Source: Methanocaldococcus sp. 16A | GTDB lineage: Archaea; AGJL01; Methanococci; Methanococcales; Methanocaldococcaceae | Strand: one strand, 5' to 3' | DNA: 64,000 bases | NCBI GenBank assembly: GCA_049860595.1 | Contig: CP187551.1 | Shown: positions 1 to 10,310 of the stretch, piece after piece | How positions within the stretch are numbered: position 1 is the first letter of the stretch | Layout: each line of letters starts with the position of its first letter | Program-made: the position numbers and the translations under genes | The notes under the pieces: generated by a model | The model's input: only the letters and a program-made list of their open reading frames with translations | The model's database searches: none | What the model was told of the DNA's origin: nothing

Positions 1-1
1 T

Positions 2-1060
2 TCAAAAGCTCCATTCTATGAGTTGGAAGATGTAACAAAGGATTTGGTATTCTCTATAGAAGATGCCCTAAAGTTTGGACAGAAATTGCCTTTAATTGTA
101 TTAATTGATAATGGAAGTACTGATGAAGATATTCCAGCTATATCCAAAGCTAAAGCTTATGGTATAGAGGTTATAGTTATAGACCACCACTTCCCTGGAG
201 AAGTTGTAGATGGTAGAGTAGAAGTTGATGACTACGTAGATGCCCATGTCAATCCTTATTTAGTTGGTGGAGATAGCAACTTAACCGCTGGAGTGTTAGG
301 GACTGAAATAGCAAGAATGATAAATCCTGAAGTAGAAGATGAGATAAAACACCTTCCAGGAATAGCGGTTGTTGGAGACCATGCTAAGGGAGAGGAGGCA
401 GAGCAGTATATAAAAATAGCCCTTGATAGATTAAATGAATTAAGTAAAAAATATGGTAAAGGAAGAACCTATGACAGAGAGTATTTAGAGAAAATAGCTC
501 TATGTATGGATTTTGAGGCATTCTACTTAAGATTCATGGATGGTAAGGGGATTGTTGATGATATATTAGCAACAAATATAAAAGAGTTTGGAAGACATGA
601 GAAGTTAATAGATATATTGTATGAGCAGGCAATGAAGATGGTTGAAAGACAGATGAAGGCTGTAATTCCAGCTCTAAAAACAGAGTTCTTAGAGAATGGA
701 ATTATATTAAATACCTTAGATGTTGAAAAATTTGCTCACAAATTTACATTCCCAGCTCCAGGAAAAACCACAGGATTTGCTCATGACTATATTGTCCAAA
801 AATATAGTGAAGATAGGCCAATTATAACTCTTTCCTATGGTCCAGACTTTGGAGTTGTTAGAGCAACAGATGCAGTTCATGAAAAGTATAACTTCAATTT
901 AAACTTAATAGTTGAGCAGTTGATGGAAGAAATTCCTGAGGCATCAATAGATGGAGGAGGGCATGAGTGTGCTGGTAGCTTAAAATTTGTTGAAGGTTTG
1001 AGAGATAGGGTAATAAATAGATTTATAGAAATTATTAAAAGTTTAAAGCCAAAAGAGTAA
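2..1060 (+). CDS. DHH/DHHA1 (RecJ-like) phosphoesterase, 5'-truncated by window edge
   Basis: LIDNGS, IDHH and C-terminal GGGHECAG motifs; frame open to window start. Confidence 0.85.
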   Translation, partial: SKAPFYELEDVTKDLVFSIEDALKFGQKLPLIVLIDNGSTDEDIPAISKAKAYGIEVIVIDHHFPGEVVDGRVEVDDYVDAHVNPYLVGGDSNLTAGVLGTEIARMINPEVEDEIKHLPGIAVVGDHAKGEEAEQYIKIALDRLNELSKKYGKGRTYDREYLEKIALCMDFEAFYLRFMDGKGIVDDILATNIKEFGRHEKLIDILYEQAMKMVERQMKAVIPALKTEFLENGIILNTLDVEKFAHKFTFPAPGKTTGFAHDYIVQKYSEDRPIITLSYGPDFGVVRATDAVHEKYNFNLNLIVEQLMEEIPEASIDGGGHECAGSLKFVEGLRDRVINRFIEIIKSLKPKE

Positions 1061-1089
1061 ATATAGAAAAATAAAAAAATAAAATTTTT

Positions 1090-1521
1090 TTAGATTTTTT
1101 TGCTCATTTCATATAGGAAGATAGCTAAATTACCTAAAGCTCCAATCTCATTTTCAACAATGTATCTTCCTAAACCTTTTTCTAACTCTAATTTTGTAAA
1201 TCCTGTTGAAGCTCCACAGAAAACAACTAAATCATTTTCTCCAACTTCATTAAAATCTAATTTTTCCTCACAAATATTTTTGTTGCCTATTAAAAACACT
1301 TTCTCAGGTCTTAAAACTTCTATAGCATCATCCAACTCTTCAAAGAATAAAACATTTTTTCCTAATTTGTATGCCATTTTATGCAATGTAGGGATTCCAC
1401 TCTGAGCAGCTGATGCTGTTGCTTTTGTAACAACTATTGTATTGATATCAAATCCATAAGCTATTCTTCCAAACTCTTCTACCTGCTTAGCACTGTATGT
1501 ATTATGTAAGCAAATAAACAT
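1090..1521 (-). CDS. Conserved archaeal SPOUT-like protein (DUF2122-type)
   Basis: LHNTYS...GRIAYGF...AAQSGIP and LVVFCGASTGF resemble a SPOUT fold; intact ORF with SD. Confidence 0.55.
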   Translation of the reverse strand: MFICLHNTYSAKQVEEFGRIAYGFDINTIVVTKATASAAQSGIPTLHKMAYKLGKNVLFFEELDDAIEVLRPEKVFLIGNKNICEEKLDFNEVGENDLVVFCGASTGFTKLELEKGLGRYIVENEIGALGNLAIFLYEMSKKI

Positions 1522-1587
1522 AACCTCTCACCTTTTTCTTTTTTAGTTTTTTATTATAAGAAAGATTATTATTTATTTTAAATTGTT

Positions 1588-2688
1588 TTATTTTAAGTTT
1601 TCTTTAACTACCTTGGCTATAGCTCTACTCAAAGCTACAGGAACACTTTCTCCAATCTGATTATAACAGCTTCTTATACCTCCAGCAAATAGATGATAAT
1701 CAGGATAACTCATCAACCTTGCTTGTTCTCTTGGTGTTAATAATCTATCTTCATAGGGATGAATAAAGAACCTCTTACCCATAACTGTCTCAGCTAATTT
1801 TAGAGGATGTAATCTTATGTAGTTTCCTAATCTTCTATTAGCCCCTTTGAAATAGATAAATGCATCTCCCCAACCTAACCTATGGACTCTTTTTCTAAAC
1901 CTTGCAGGTAAAGCGGCAAATTCATGATTTGGGATATCTCTACCTTTATACATTAAATCCCCTATAGCCTCAATAACAGGTTTTGGTTGGGTTTTTTCTG
2001 GATTAATTTCTATGTTTGAGACAAAGACTCTCCTTCTAACAGATGGATTTCCATAATCCTCTGCTTTTAATGTGTTGAAATAGACATCTTCATAACCAAT
2101 TTCTCTAAACTCTTTTATTATTTCTCCTCTAACCTCTTTAATTCCAGGAACATTTTCCATAACAAATATTTTTGGTTGTAAATCCCCAACAATCCTTATA
2201 TACTCTAAAACTAATCTTCCAGTTTCATCTTTATATAATCTATCATAGGGATTTCTCTCTCTTTTTGGATTAGCTCCTGTATATCCTTCACAAGGCGGAC
2301 CTCCAATAATAACATCTACTTTTTTATTTTTGATGAACTTTTCTATCTCAAGTGAATGAATTTCTCTAATATCATCATTAATAACAACTGGATTTAGTTT
2401 TTCAGTTTTTTCATTTAAAGTTCCCAATTTTTTTAACCACTTTATATCTTCCTCTTCAAAAGGAAATTTAAATGAGTATATTCCAACATAACCCTTTAAT
2501 TCTTTTAATTTGAATTCTCCAGGTCTTACTTTTTCATATATTCTACCATTAAAATTTAATGCATAAGAAAAAGCAGCATCTTCATTTAACTCTATAGCCA
2601 CTAATGGCTCAAAACCCTCCTCTACAAACCCTCTTGAAAATCCCCCACATCCACAAAATAAATCAATAAATTTCAACATTATCACCAA
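1588..2688 (-). CDS. Cytosine-C5 methyltransferase (orphan, Dcm family)
   Basis: Motif I DLFCGCGG, motif IV GGPPC, motif VI MENV, motif VIII RRRVF, motif X QIGESVP. Confidence 0.9.
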   Translation of the reverse strand: MVIMLKFIDLFCGCGGFSRGFVEEGFEPLVAIELNEDAAFSYALNFNGRIYEKVRPGEFKLKELKGYVGIYSFKFPFEEEDIKWLKKLGTLNEKTEKLNPVVINDDIREIHSLEIEKFIKNKKVDVIIGGPPCEGYTGANPKRERNPYDRLYKDETGRLVLEYIRIVGDLQPKIFVMENVPGIKEVRGEIIKEFREIGYEDVYFNTLKAEDYGNPSVRRRVFVSNIEINPEKTQPKPVIEAIGDLMYKGRDIPNHEFAALPARFRKRVHRLGWGDAFIYFKGANRRLGNYIRLHPLKLAETVMGKRFFIHPYEDRLLTPREQARLMSYPDYHLFAGGIRSCYNQIGESVPVALSRAIAKVVKENLK

Positions 2689-2760
2689 AAATAAAATGTT
2701 ATTTAAAAAATAAAGTAACGCTTAAAAATTTTTAATTGAATGGTAAAAAAGGTAAATAAC

Positions 2761-2973
2761 TTATTGTGATTCTTGAGCTTTCTTTAACTCTGCTTTCATA
2801 TCTTGATAAACCTTAGTCCATTTTAATTTTCTTGGGTTTCTTCCCATTTTATAGCTCTTCTCACATTTTGATGAGCAGAAATACAATACAGTTCCATCTT
2901 TTTCTACTACCATTTTTCCTTTTCCTGGCTCAATTTCATAACCACAAAAGCTGCAAGTTCTCCATTCTGGCAT
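2761..2973 (-). CDS. rpl24e: 50S ribosomal protein L24e
   Basis: CSFCG...FCSSKC zinc motif, RNPRKLKWT. Confidence 0.97.
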   Translation of the reverse strand: MPEWRTCSFCGYEIEPGKGKMVVEKDGTVLYFCSSKCEKSYKMGRNPRKLKWTKVYQDMKAELKKAQESQ

Positions 2974-3032
2974 AGCTATCCCTCTTTAAATAGTGTTTCA
3001 ATGATTTAAAATAATATTGGGTATTAAATTAT

Positions 3033-3269
3033 TTATCTTCTTCTGTCTAATGGTCTTGCTTCTCTTTCTGTCTCTCTTAACATTATGATGTCTCCAACTT
3101 TAACTGGACCTTTAACGTTTCTAACTAAAACTCTACCTGTATCTTTTCCACCTAAGATTTTACATCTAACTTGTATAATTCCTCCAGTAACTCCTGTTCT
3201 ACCAATAACTTCAATAACCTCAGCAGCTACTGCCTCTTTATAAACAAATTCATCTTCCATCCTCATCAC
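3033..3269 (-). CDS. rps28e: 30S ribosomal protein S28e
   Basis: GRTGVTG..QVRC...RNVKGPV..GD...ETEREAR. Confidence 0.97.
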   Translation of the reverse strand: MMRMEDEFVYKEAVAAEVIEVIGRTGVTGGIIQVRCKILGGKDTGRVLVRNVKGPVKVGDIIMLRETEREARPLDRRR

Positions 3270-3375
3270 CTAATAATAATGAAAGTTTAAAAATTTATAA
3301 AAAAGTTAGTAATGGATGTTTCGTAATTTATATAATATAATAATATTAAGTTAAATAGATTCAGCTTCTAATAAT

Positions 3376-3729
3376 TTACTGTTTCAAAGCATTTACTTTT
3401 TCAATTAATGCCTTCAACTCTTCAGCATCTCCTTCGTTGATAATTGCAACTGATGATGCTGCAACTTCTAATCCAGCAGCTTTACCTAAATCTTGTTTTG
3501 AAGCTACGTAAGCGTAAGGGATCCCTTTTTCTTCACATAAGTATGGAAGGTGAGCAACAACTTCTTCTGGTTTAACATCTTCAGCAATGATAACTAATTT
3601 TGCTAATCCTCTCTCAACTGCCTTTGTAACTTCGTTAGCTCCTTTCTTGATTTTTTGTGCTTTTGCAACTGCATCTAATAACTCTTTTTGAATTTCTTCT
3701 GGAACTTTAAATTTTACATAAACTGCCAT
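3376..3729 (-). CDS. rpl7ae: Ribosomal protein L7Ae (kink-turn binding)
   Basis: [23 protein letters not shown]; ATG at 3729 downstream of GGAGGT SD. Confidence 0.97.
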   Translation of the reverse strand: MAVYVKFKVPEEIQKELLDAVAKAQKIKKGANEVTKAVERGLAKLVIIAEDVKPEEVVAHLPYLCEEKGIPYAYVASKQDLGKAAGLEVAASSVAIINEGDAEELKALIEKVNALKQ

Positions 3730-3737
3730 AGCTTTCA

Positions 3738-3820
3738 ACCTCCTTCATTTATTAAAAAATGGGCAATCCGGAGGGAATTGCCCACTCTTACAGGGCTTTT
3801 GCCCTGTAGTATCATCGTGG
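3738..3820 (-). promoter_or_regulatory. Structured 5' leader of rpl7ae operon (two hairpins between box C/D-like motifs)
   Basis: Stems 3760-3767/3777-3784 and 3789-3796/3801-3808; GATGATA upstream and ATGA next to the SD on the minus strand. Confidence 0.55.
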
Positions 3821-3876
3821 TTTAGAATAGGTATAACAACTTATTGACTTTTAGTATATAAAACTTTTGGATAAAT

Positions 3877-4743
3877 TTATAGAATTCTTTCAATTGGCAC
3901 TACTAATATATCTCTTGCCCCCAAAGCGTGAAGTTTAGGAACTAATGTAAATATCTCATCCTCATTAACAACGGCATGGATAGCAACCATACTGTCATCA
4001 GATAAAACCTCAGAAACTGTTGGACCAGCCATTCCTGGAATCAGCTTTCTAATTTCCTCAACCTTATCTTTTGGAGCATTCATCATAATTAATCTTTTTG
4101 TTTCGGCAAATAAAACACTTTTTATGGCAATAACTATTTGATTTATCTTTTCTCTCTTTTCTTTATCCTTTAAGCTGTTTTTATTGGCAATTAACCTTGT
4201 AGTTGATGAGACAATCTCATCTATAACTTTCAACCTATTTAACTTTAAAGTTGTTCCTGTAGATGTTAAATCACTAATTAAATCAGCTATTCCTATGAAT
4301 GGAGCTATCTCTGTTGCTCCACTAAGTTCAATGATTTCAACTTTCTTATTTAATTTTTCAAAATATTTTTTTGTTAGATTTGGGAACTCTGTAGCTACTC
4401 TCATTCCTTCTTTTATGTCATCAATACTGTTTATCTCTGAACTCTCTGGAGCAGCCAAAACCAATTTTGCAAATCCAAAACCAAAATCTAATAGAAAATC
4501 AACTTTATCTTCAACATTTCTCTCTAAGACCAAATCATAGCCAGTAACTCCAATGTCAGCAACACCATCAGCTACAAATTCAGGAATGTCTCTTGCCCTT
4601 GCAAACATTACTTTAATGTTGTCATCTACAGTATTTGCAAATAAACTTCTACCTTTAATAGTAATCTTTAACCCTGCTTTCTCTAAAACTTTCATTACTG
4701 GCTCTGAAATTCTTCCTTTATTTGGTAGTGCAAACATTATCAT
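3877..4743 (-). CDS. hisG: ATP phosphoribosyltransferase
   Basis: [29 protein letters not shown] and C-terminal regulatory domain. Confidence 0.96.
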   Translation of the reverse strand: MIMFALPNKGRISEPVMKVLEKAGLKITIKGRSLFANTVDDNIKVMFARARDIPEFVADGVADIGVTGYDLVLERNVEDKVDFLLDFGFGFAKLVLAAPESSEINSIDDIKEGMRVATEFPNLTKKYFEKLNKKVEIIELSGATEIAPFIGIADLISDLTSTGTTLKLNRLKVIDEIVSSTTRLIANKNSLKDKEKREKINQIVIAIKSVLFAETKRLIMMNAPKDKVEEIRKLIPGMAGPTVSEVLSDDSMVAIHAVVNEDEIFTLVPKLHALGARDILVVPIERIL

Positions 4744-4760
4744 CCTATCACGTAAAAAAT

Positions 4761-5072
4761 TTATGCATTTATATTTTTTATTTTTCCTCTCTTTCTTAGA
4801 ATTTCCTTTTTTATTTTTTCTCCACTAACTCTAAGTAAATTTGAAACACTTCTAGGAATTTTTCCATTATCAGAAAGTATTTTTGCAATAATGCTTGATA
4901 ATAAAAAGATGGCATATATATGCTCTGCTTTTGTTCTATGTATGTGATGTGGATAAATATTTAACTCATCATACTCTTTAAATTCGTTATTATCGCAATT
5001 ATATTTTTTTTCAATATATTTTCTTAAATAAATAAGGAGTTGATGTAATTGTATAAGTTCATCCTTATGCAT
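4761..5072 (-). CDS. UPF0058 family metal-binding protein
   Basis: [13 protein letters not shown]...[13 protein letters not shown]. Confidence 0.85.
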   Translation of the reverse strand: MHKDELIQLHQLLIYLRKYIEKKYNCDNNEFKEYDELNIYPHHIHRTKAEHIYAIFLLSSIIAKILSDNGKIPRSVSNLLRVSGEKIKKEILRKRGKIKNINA

Positions 5073-6339
5073 TTAAATCACCAAAAGTTATAACTGCCAA
5101 ATTAACAGGCTTTTTTATAATTTTTGCATCCTTACAGAAAATTAAATTAGTTTTCTCATAAAGTATATCTATAAGCTTTTGATTAACAGTTCCATTAACT
5201 ATAATTGTATCAACGGTTTTATAGTTATCTATATTACTTATTAGTTCTTCAACACCAACAACCTCTTCTTTATCTCCAAAAATTATTAATGCTTCAGAAT
5301 CTTTTAATTTGTTGAACTTTTCATAAAACTTTCGATATTTCCTGAATTTTGGAGGTAGCTGTTCTATATCACTTGAGGACTTGCATTCATTACTAACCTC
5401 TATTTCATTAATGTCATTAGGGATTATGTTTGTTTCTGCCTTTGTTTCTGGTATTATTTGAACCTCTATATTTTTAATATCTTCTTTGCATATAATTTTT
5501 TCATCAACTTTTTGCTTATCTTTTAATATTTGACTTAATATATGTTCAGCAGGGATTTTGCTTCTTAAGCATTTCATTATTTCTTTTTTAGATAACTCTT
5601 CAACTTCTTTTCCTTGAGGAGCTCTTGCTATAAAATCAACATCACAAACTTGCAATAGCTCTTTTAAAATTAGTTCTCCTCCTCTATCACCATCTGTAAA
5701 GACAGTTACTATCTTTTTCTTACTAAGCTCTATAATGGTTTTTGGAACTGAAGTTCCCTCAACAGCTATCACATTTTTAATACCACATCTCAATAAATTG
5801 AGAACATCAGCTCTCCCCTCAACAATTATAATATCGTCTGAGCTATCAACTGCAGGACCTGCAGGAAGTTTTTCAGGTCCATACTCAATAATTTCTCCCA
5901 TCCTTACGCTTTCTTTAACTTCTTCAACAATTGTATTTACATCAATATTGCTCATTAACTGCTTTAATATTTCTTTAGCTCTCTCAACTATGTATTCCCT
6001 CTTTTTCTTCCTGACATCTTCAATATCTATTACTTTAACTGTTGCTACACACGGCCCTACTCTATCTATTGTTTCTAAGGTAGCAGCTAATATTGAGGTT
6101 TCAATTCTATCTAAACTTGATGGGACTGTTATCTTAGCTATTGACTTTCCATTAATATTGGTTAGCTCAACATCTATTCTTCCAACTCTTCCCGTCTTTT
6201 GTAGCTCTCTTAAATCTAATTCATCCCCCAACAGTCCCTCTGTCTGCCCAAATATTGCTCCAATGACATCATGTTTTTCAACGTAACCATCAGCGATGAG
6301 CTCGGCATAAATGATATACTTAGTAGTTCCTAAATCCAT
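5065..6339 (-). CDS. dnaG: Archaeal DnaG (TOPRIM; exosome-associated)
   Basis: [25 protein letters not shown]; start placed at ATG 6339 after GGTGA SD. Confidence 0.95.
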   Translation of the reverse strand: MDLGTTKYIIYAELIADGYVEKHDVIGAIFGQTEGLLGDELDLRELQKTGRVGRIDVELTNINGKSIAKITVPSSLDRIETSILAATLETIDRVGPCVATVKVIDIEDVRKKKREYIVERAKEILKQLMSNIDVNTIVEEVKESVRMGEIIEYGPEKLPAGPAVDSSDDIIIVEGRADVLNLLRCGIKNVIAVEGTSVPKTIIELSKKKIVTVFTDGDRGGELILKELLQVCDVDFIARAPQGKEVEELSKKEIMKCLRSKIPAEHILSQILKDKQKVDEKIICKEDIKNIEVQIIPETKAETNIIPNDINEIEVSNECKSSSDIEQLPPKFRKYRKFYEKFNKLKDSEALIIFGDKEEVVGVEELISNIDNYKTVDTIIVNGTVNQKLIDILYEKTNLIFCKDAKIIKKPVNLAVITFGDLNA

Positions 6340-6498
6340 GATAATCACCAGTAATAGTTCTACCGGTCTCATGAGTGAGAGTAATCTCACAATATCTAAC
6401 ATATCTAATAGAACAAATCAAAGTATAAAAAATTATTTTTATTTTGGTGCTCTTTCTTATACTTAGAATATTAAATTAAAATATTTAACACAATAAAA

Positions 6499-6514
6499 CC
6501 GAAAAGTATATATA
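6499..6514 (+). promoter_or_regulatory. BRE/TATA promoter of tRNA-Gly pair
   Basis: CCGAAAAG-TATATATA about 45 bp upstream of the first tRNA. Confidence 0.7.
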
Positions 6515-6557
6515 GTAGTTCTACGTATGTTATTCTTGCTTACAACCGCTCAAATGA

Positions 6558-6633
6558 GCGGCCTTGGTGTAGCCTGGTAACACACGGGCCTGCCACGCCC
6601 GGACCCCGGGTTCAAATCCCGGAGGCCGCACCA
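6558..6633 (+). tRNA. tRNA-Gly(GCC)
   Basis: Acceptor GCGGCCT/AGGCCGC, anticodon loop CT-GCC-AC, GGTTCAAATCC T-arm, encoded CCA. Confidence 0.97.
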
Positions 6634-6667
6634 CTGGCTTTAATTAGCCAGGGCTTGATTTGGACAT

Positions 6668-6743
6668 GCGCCGGTGGTGTAGCCTGGTATCACTCTGGCC
6701 TTCCAAGCCAGCGACCCGGGTTCAAATCCCGGCCGGCGCACCA
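6668..6743 (+). tRNA. tRNA-Gly(TCC)
   Basis: Acceptor GCGCCGG/CCGGCGC, anticodon loop CT-TCC-AA, T-arm, encoded CCA, followed by T-rich tract. Confidence 0.97.
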
Positions 6744-6818
6744 TAATTTATTTTTTTATTTTACTTCCATATATTCATAAAATTAAATTAATAAATTTAA
6801 AATTTTTTCCGTGAGATT

Positions 6819-7499
6819 ATGAGGGTTTATTTAAGACTACATTTGGATATTCCAAAAGAAGTTTGTAAAAGCTTAGAGGTTGATAATTACATTAATGAGG
6901 ATATTGAAATTAATTTAAAATGTGAGAAAAAGCCTATATTGTATATTAAAACTCGTTCTATAGGTTCTTTAAAATCAATATTGGATGATTTCTTTAGATG
7001 TTTAAATGCTGGAATGGAAATCTATGGCATAACAAAAAATTATCTAATAAGGAATGTAACTAAGGATGATTTAAATAAGTTTTTAGAGTTATACTATAAG
7101 GCATATAGAGGTTTTGATAAATATTATTATAAAAAGAAAAAATGGGCAAGATGGTATTTTAAATGGTTGATGAGGAGAGATGAAGATGGATTTTTTGTAT
7201 ATGAAATGGAAGGAAAGCCCATTGGTTTTGTAGCCTGTGATTGCAATTGGATTAGTAATATAGAAAAAAGAGAAGTAGCTGAAATTCATGAAATATTTGT
7301 TGCCCCAGATTTTAGAGGAAAAGGAATTGGAACCGCTTTAATAAACAAAGCTATTGAATATGCCAAGAAAAGAGGAAGAAATATTGTAGAGTTGTGGGTT
7401 GGGGTTGAGAATAAAAAGGCAATTGAATTTTATAAAAAGTTGGGATTTGAGGAGAAAGAAGTAGTTAAAGAATGGCTAAGGATGGTAAAGAGGATTTAA
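6819..7499 (+). CDS. GNAT N-acetyltransferase with N-terminal Pcc1/Pcc2-like domain
   Basis: GNAT motif A FRGKGIGTAL and NKKAIEFYKKLGF; first ~70 aa (KSLEVDN...IKTRSIGSLKSILDDFFRCL) resemble KEOPS Pcc1-family. Confidence 0.75.
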   Translation: MRVYLRLHLDIPKEVCKSLEVDNYINEDIEINLKCEKKPILYIKTRSIGSLKSILDDFFRCLNAGMEIYGITKNYLIRNVTKDDLNKFLELYYKAYRGFDKYYYKKKKWARWYFKWLMRRDEDGFFVYEMEGKPIGFVACDCNWISNIEKREVAEIHEIFVAPDFRGKGIGTALINKAIEYAKKRGRNIVELWVGVENKKAIEFYKKLGFEEKEVVKEWLRMVKRI

Positions 7500-7618
7500 T
7501 TAATACTTTTTTAAATTTGTTGTTTTTTAAATTTTTATTTTTAATGGAGGATTAACTTTAAATATAAAAAATTTATTTTATCATTTTTACTATTGATAAT
7601 TAGGACATGGTGATATAG

Positions 7619-8839
7619 ATGAGAAATATAATCGTAAAAAAATTAGATATTGAGCCAATTGAGGAAAGACCTGTTGAAATTGTTGAAAGAAAGGGTTTAG
7701 GACATCCAGATTCAATTTGTGATGGTATAGCTGAGAATGTTAGTAGGGCTTTATGTAAGATGTATATAGAAAAGTTTGGAACTATTTTGCATCACAACAC
7801 AGACCAAGTTGAGCTTGTAGGAGGGCATGCTCATCCTAAATTTGGAGGAGGAGTAATGGTAAGTCCTATTTACATTTTATTATCAGGAAGAGCTACCATG
7901 GAAATTTTAGATAAAGAGAAAAATGAAGTTATAAAGCTCCCAGTAGGGACAACAGCAATCAAAGCAGCTAAGGAATATTTAAAGAAGGTTTTAAGAAATA
8001 TTGATGTTGATAAAGATATAATTATTGACTGTAGAATTGGACAAGGAAGTATGGATTTAGTTGATGTCTTTGAAAGGCAAAAAAATGAAGTTCCTTTAGC
8101 TAACGATACATCATTTGGTGTTGGTTACGCTCCATTATCAACAACAGAGAGGTTAGTTTTAGAAACAGAGAGATTTTTAAATAGTGATGAATTGAAGAAA
8201 GAAATTCCAGCAGTAGGAGAGGATATAAAAGTTATGGGTTTAAGAGAAGGAAAGAAAATAACTTTAACAATTGCTATGGCTGTTGTAGATAAGTATGTTA
8301 AAAATATTGAGGAATATAAAGAGGTTATTAAGAAAGTAAAAGAAAAAGTTGAAGAGTTAGCTAAAAAGATAGCTGATGGATATGAGGTTGAGATAAATAT
8401 AAACACCGCAGATGACTACGAAAGAGAAAGTGTTTATTTAACAGTTACCGGAACCTCTGCAGAAATGGGAGATGATGGTTCAGTAGGAAGAGGGAATAGA
8501 GTTAATGGATTAATAACTCCATTTAGACCTATGAGTATGGAGGCTGCAAGTGGTAAAAACCCAGTAAATCATGTAGGTAAGATTTATAACATCTTAGCTA
8601 ACTTAATAGCAAATGATATAGCTAAGTTGGAAGGAGTTAAGGAGTGTTATGTAAGAATATTGAGTCAAATAGGTAAGCCAATAAATGAGCCAAAGGCATT
8701 AGATATAGAGATTATAACTGAAAATGGTTATGATATAAAAGATATTGAGCCAAAGGCAAAAGAAATTGCTAATAAATGGTTAGATAATATTATGGAAGTT
8801 CAAAAAATGATTGTTGAAGGTAAAGTAACTACATTCTAA
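7619..8839 (+). CDS. mat: Archaeal S-adenosylmethionine synthetase
   Basis: [43 protein letters not shown]. Confidence 0.97.
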   Translation: MRNIIVKKLDIEPIEERPVEIVERKGLGHPDSICDGIAENVSRALCKMYIEKFGTILHHNTDQVELVGGHAHPKFGGGVMVSPIYILLSGRATMEILDKEKNEVIKLPVGTTAIKAAKEYLKKVLRNIDVDKDIIIDCRIGQGSMDLVDVFERQKNEVPLANDTSFGVGYAPLSTTERLVLETERFLNSDELKKEIPAVGEDIKVMGLREGKKITLTIAMAVVDKYVKNIEEYKEVIKKVKEKVEELAKKIADGYEVEININTADDYERESVYLTVTGTSAEMGDDGSVGRGNRVNGLITPFRPMSMEAASGKNPVNHVGKIYNILANLIANDIAKLEGVKECYVRILSQIGKPINEPKALDIEIITENGYDIKDIEPKAKEIANKWLDNIMEVQKMIVEGKVTTF

Positions 8840-8876
8840 CTCTAAAAAATAAAAATAATTTTTTTTAATTTTTATT

Positions 8877-9644
8877 TTATCCAATGTATCTTAAATCTTC
8901 TTCACTTGGTGGTTTTGCTTGAGCCGCTTTTAACATTTCTTCTTCAAACTTCTTAATCTTTTCAATAAACTGCTCCATGCCCTTAGCTCTTTTCTCTAAC
9001 TCTGTCATATCAACTTCTATATTTTCAAGTTTGCAGAACTTTTCTAAAACAGCTTTTGCAGCATTTGGGTCTATTAAATAGCCAGGGGTTTCTCCCATTA
9101 GGCAAATTCCTGGAATTCCATTTAAGTCTGCAAACATTAGCATTAAACCAGCAGCTCCAACAATACCTCCTCCATCTGTTCTGAATAAAATTCCATGCTC
9201 TTTAAGTTTTTCAGCAAGCTCTTTTGATGTTGTAGCTCCATAAACTTTAATTTCTTCACATAACTTTCCTACACCAAAACCTCCCAACGTATAGACAAAG
9301 TTAGCCCCATACTCTATGCCTATTTTAACAATCTCCTCAGCTAAGTGGTATTGACCAATTGGAGATAAAGCTTGAGTATTTCCTAAAACAACAATCATTG
9401 GTTTTGGCTCTTTTATTGCATAGAATTCAGCACACATATACTCTATGGTTCCATCATCCTTAACTAAAACTTGTGGTGGAAAGTCATAGCAAAATAACTC
9501 TAAAAATTTCTCACCATTAAATTCATGAACTAAATGCTCAGCAGCCAACCTACCAACGTGTCCAATTCCTGGCAATCCTTCAATTAATAAAGCATCTTTT
9601 AAAGGTTCAATATCTTTTATTTTCCTTGTAATGATTTTGACCAT
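8877..9644 (-). CDS. Proteasome assembly chaperone (PAC2/Pba) family protein
   Basis: EGLPGIGHVG, LMGETPGY..DP, C-terminal HbYX-like YIG. Confidence 0.9.
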   Translation of the reverse strand: MVKIITRKIKDIEPLKDALLIEGLPGIGHVGRLAAEHLVHEFNGEKFLELFCYDFPPQVLVKDDGTIEYMCAEFYAIKEPKPMIVVLGNTQALSPIGQYHLAEEIVKIGIEYGANFVYTLGGFGVGKLCEEIKVYGATTSKELAEKLKEHGILFRTDGGGIVGAAGLMLMFADLNGIPGICLMGETPGYLIDPNAAKAVLEKFCKLENIEVDMTELEKRAKGMEQFIEKIKKFEEEMLKAAQAKPPSEEDLRYIG

Positions 9645-9674
9645 AAGGTATCACCTTTTATTTATTTATTGTCT

Positions 9675-10310
9675 TTAGAGTTTTTTATATGTTTTTGCAA
9701 ATTTCCTTATAAATGTTATTTCATCAATTCCAATATTTAGTTTTTCTCTTATGATTTTTGCAATCCTTCCCTCTCCAAATAATAAAGCTACAGCTCCTGT
9801 GAAGTTTTTTGTAGTTCTTTTTTCCTTAGCTTTATCAAAGTCAATGATGTAAGTTTTTTTATCAGTTACCAAAAAATGCCTCCCCCCTTGTATTTCTTTA
9901 TGTTCAATTCCAAGCATATCAAGTTTTAATGTTATTCTTAAGATATCTTCAACTACTTTTAATAATCTATCATTATCTAATTTATTAACGGCTGATTTTA
10001 GCTCCTCACCATCTATAAACTCCATAATTAAGTAATCATTATCAAACTCATAAACCTTTGGAGCAATATTGTATTTTTCTAAGAGCTTTAAAATTCTTGC
10101 TTCATTTAATATGGTGTTTTTTGGACTGTCTGTTCTTGGAATTTTTATAGCTACTTCTTTATTATTGTAGATTCCTTTTAATACAACCCCTCTATGCCCT
10201 TTTCCTAAAACATCTATAATTTCAACTCCTTTATCTTCTAACTTATTTATTACATTTTTATTTAAAATATTTTCTGGTATTTTTTTAAGGATTTCTTTTT
10301 TAATTGTTAT
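9675..10310 (-). CDS. Ser/Thr protein kinase-like (RIO/Bud32-related), no canonical start codon
   Basis: Frame stays open 95 codons upstream of the listed ATG and encodes LGKGHRGVV, VAIK, EARIL; then MEFIDG, IEHKEI, IIDFD. Confidence 0.8.
   Translation of the reverse strand: MTIKKEILKKIPENILNKNVINKLEDKGVEIIDVLGKGHRGVVLKGIYNNKEVAIKIPRTDSPKNTILNEARILKLLEKYNIAPKVYEFDNDYLIMEFIDGEELKSAVNKLDNDRLLKVVEDILRITLKLDMLGIEHKEIQGGRHFLVTDKKTYIIDFDKAKEKRTTKNFTGAVALLFGEGRIAKIIREKLNIGIDEITFIRKFAKTYKKL

Noticed and set aside
6340-6402. 21-codon N-terminal extension of DnaG in the ORF track
   Set aside because: A GGTGA SD precedes ATG 6339, where DnaG-like sequence begins.
6547-6562. Hairpin CCGCTCA-AA-TGAGCGG overlapping the tRNA-Gly 5' end
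   Set aside because: It is short and competes with the acceptor stem; no function can be supported from sequence alone.
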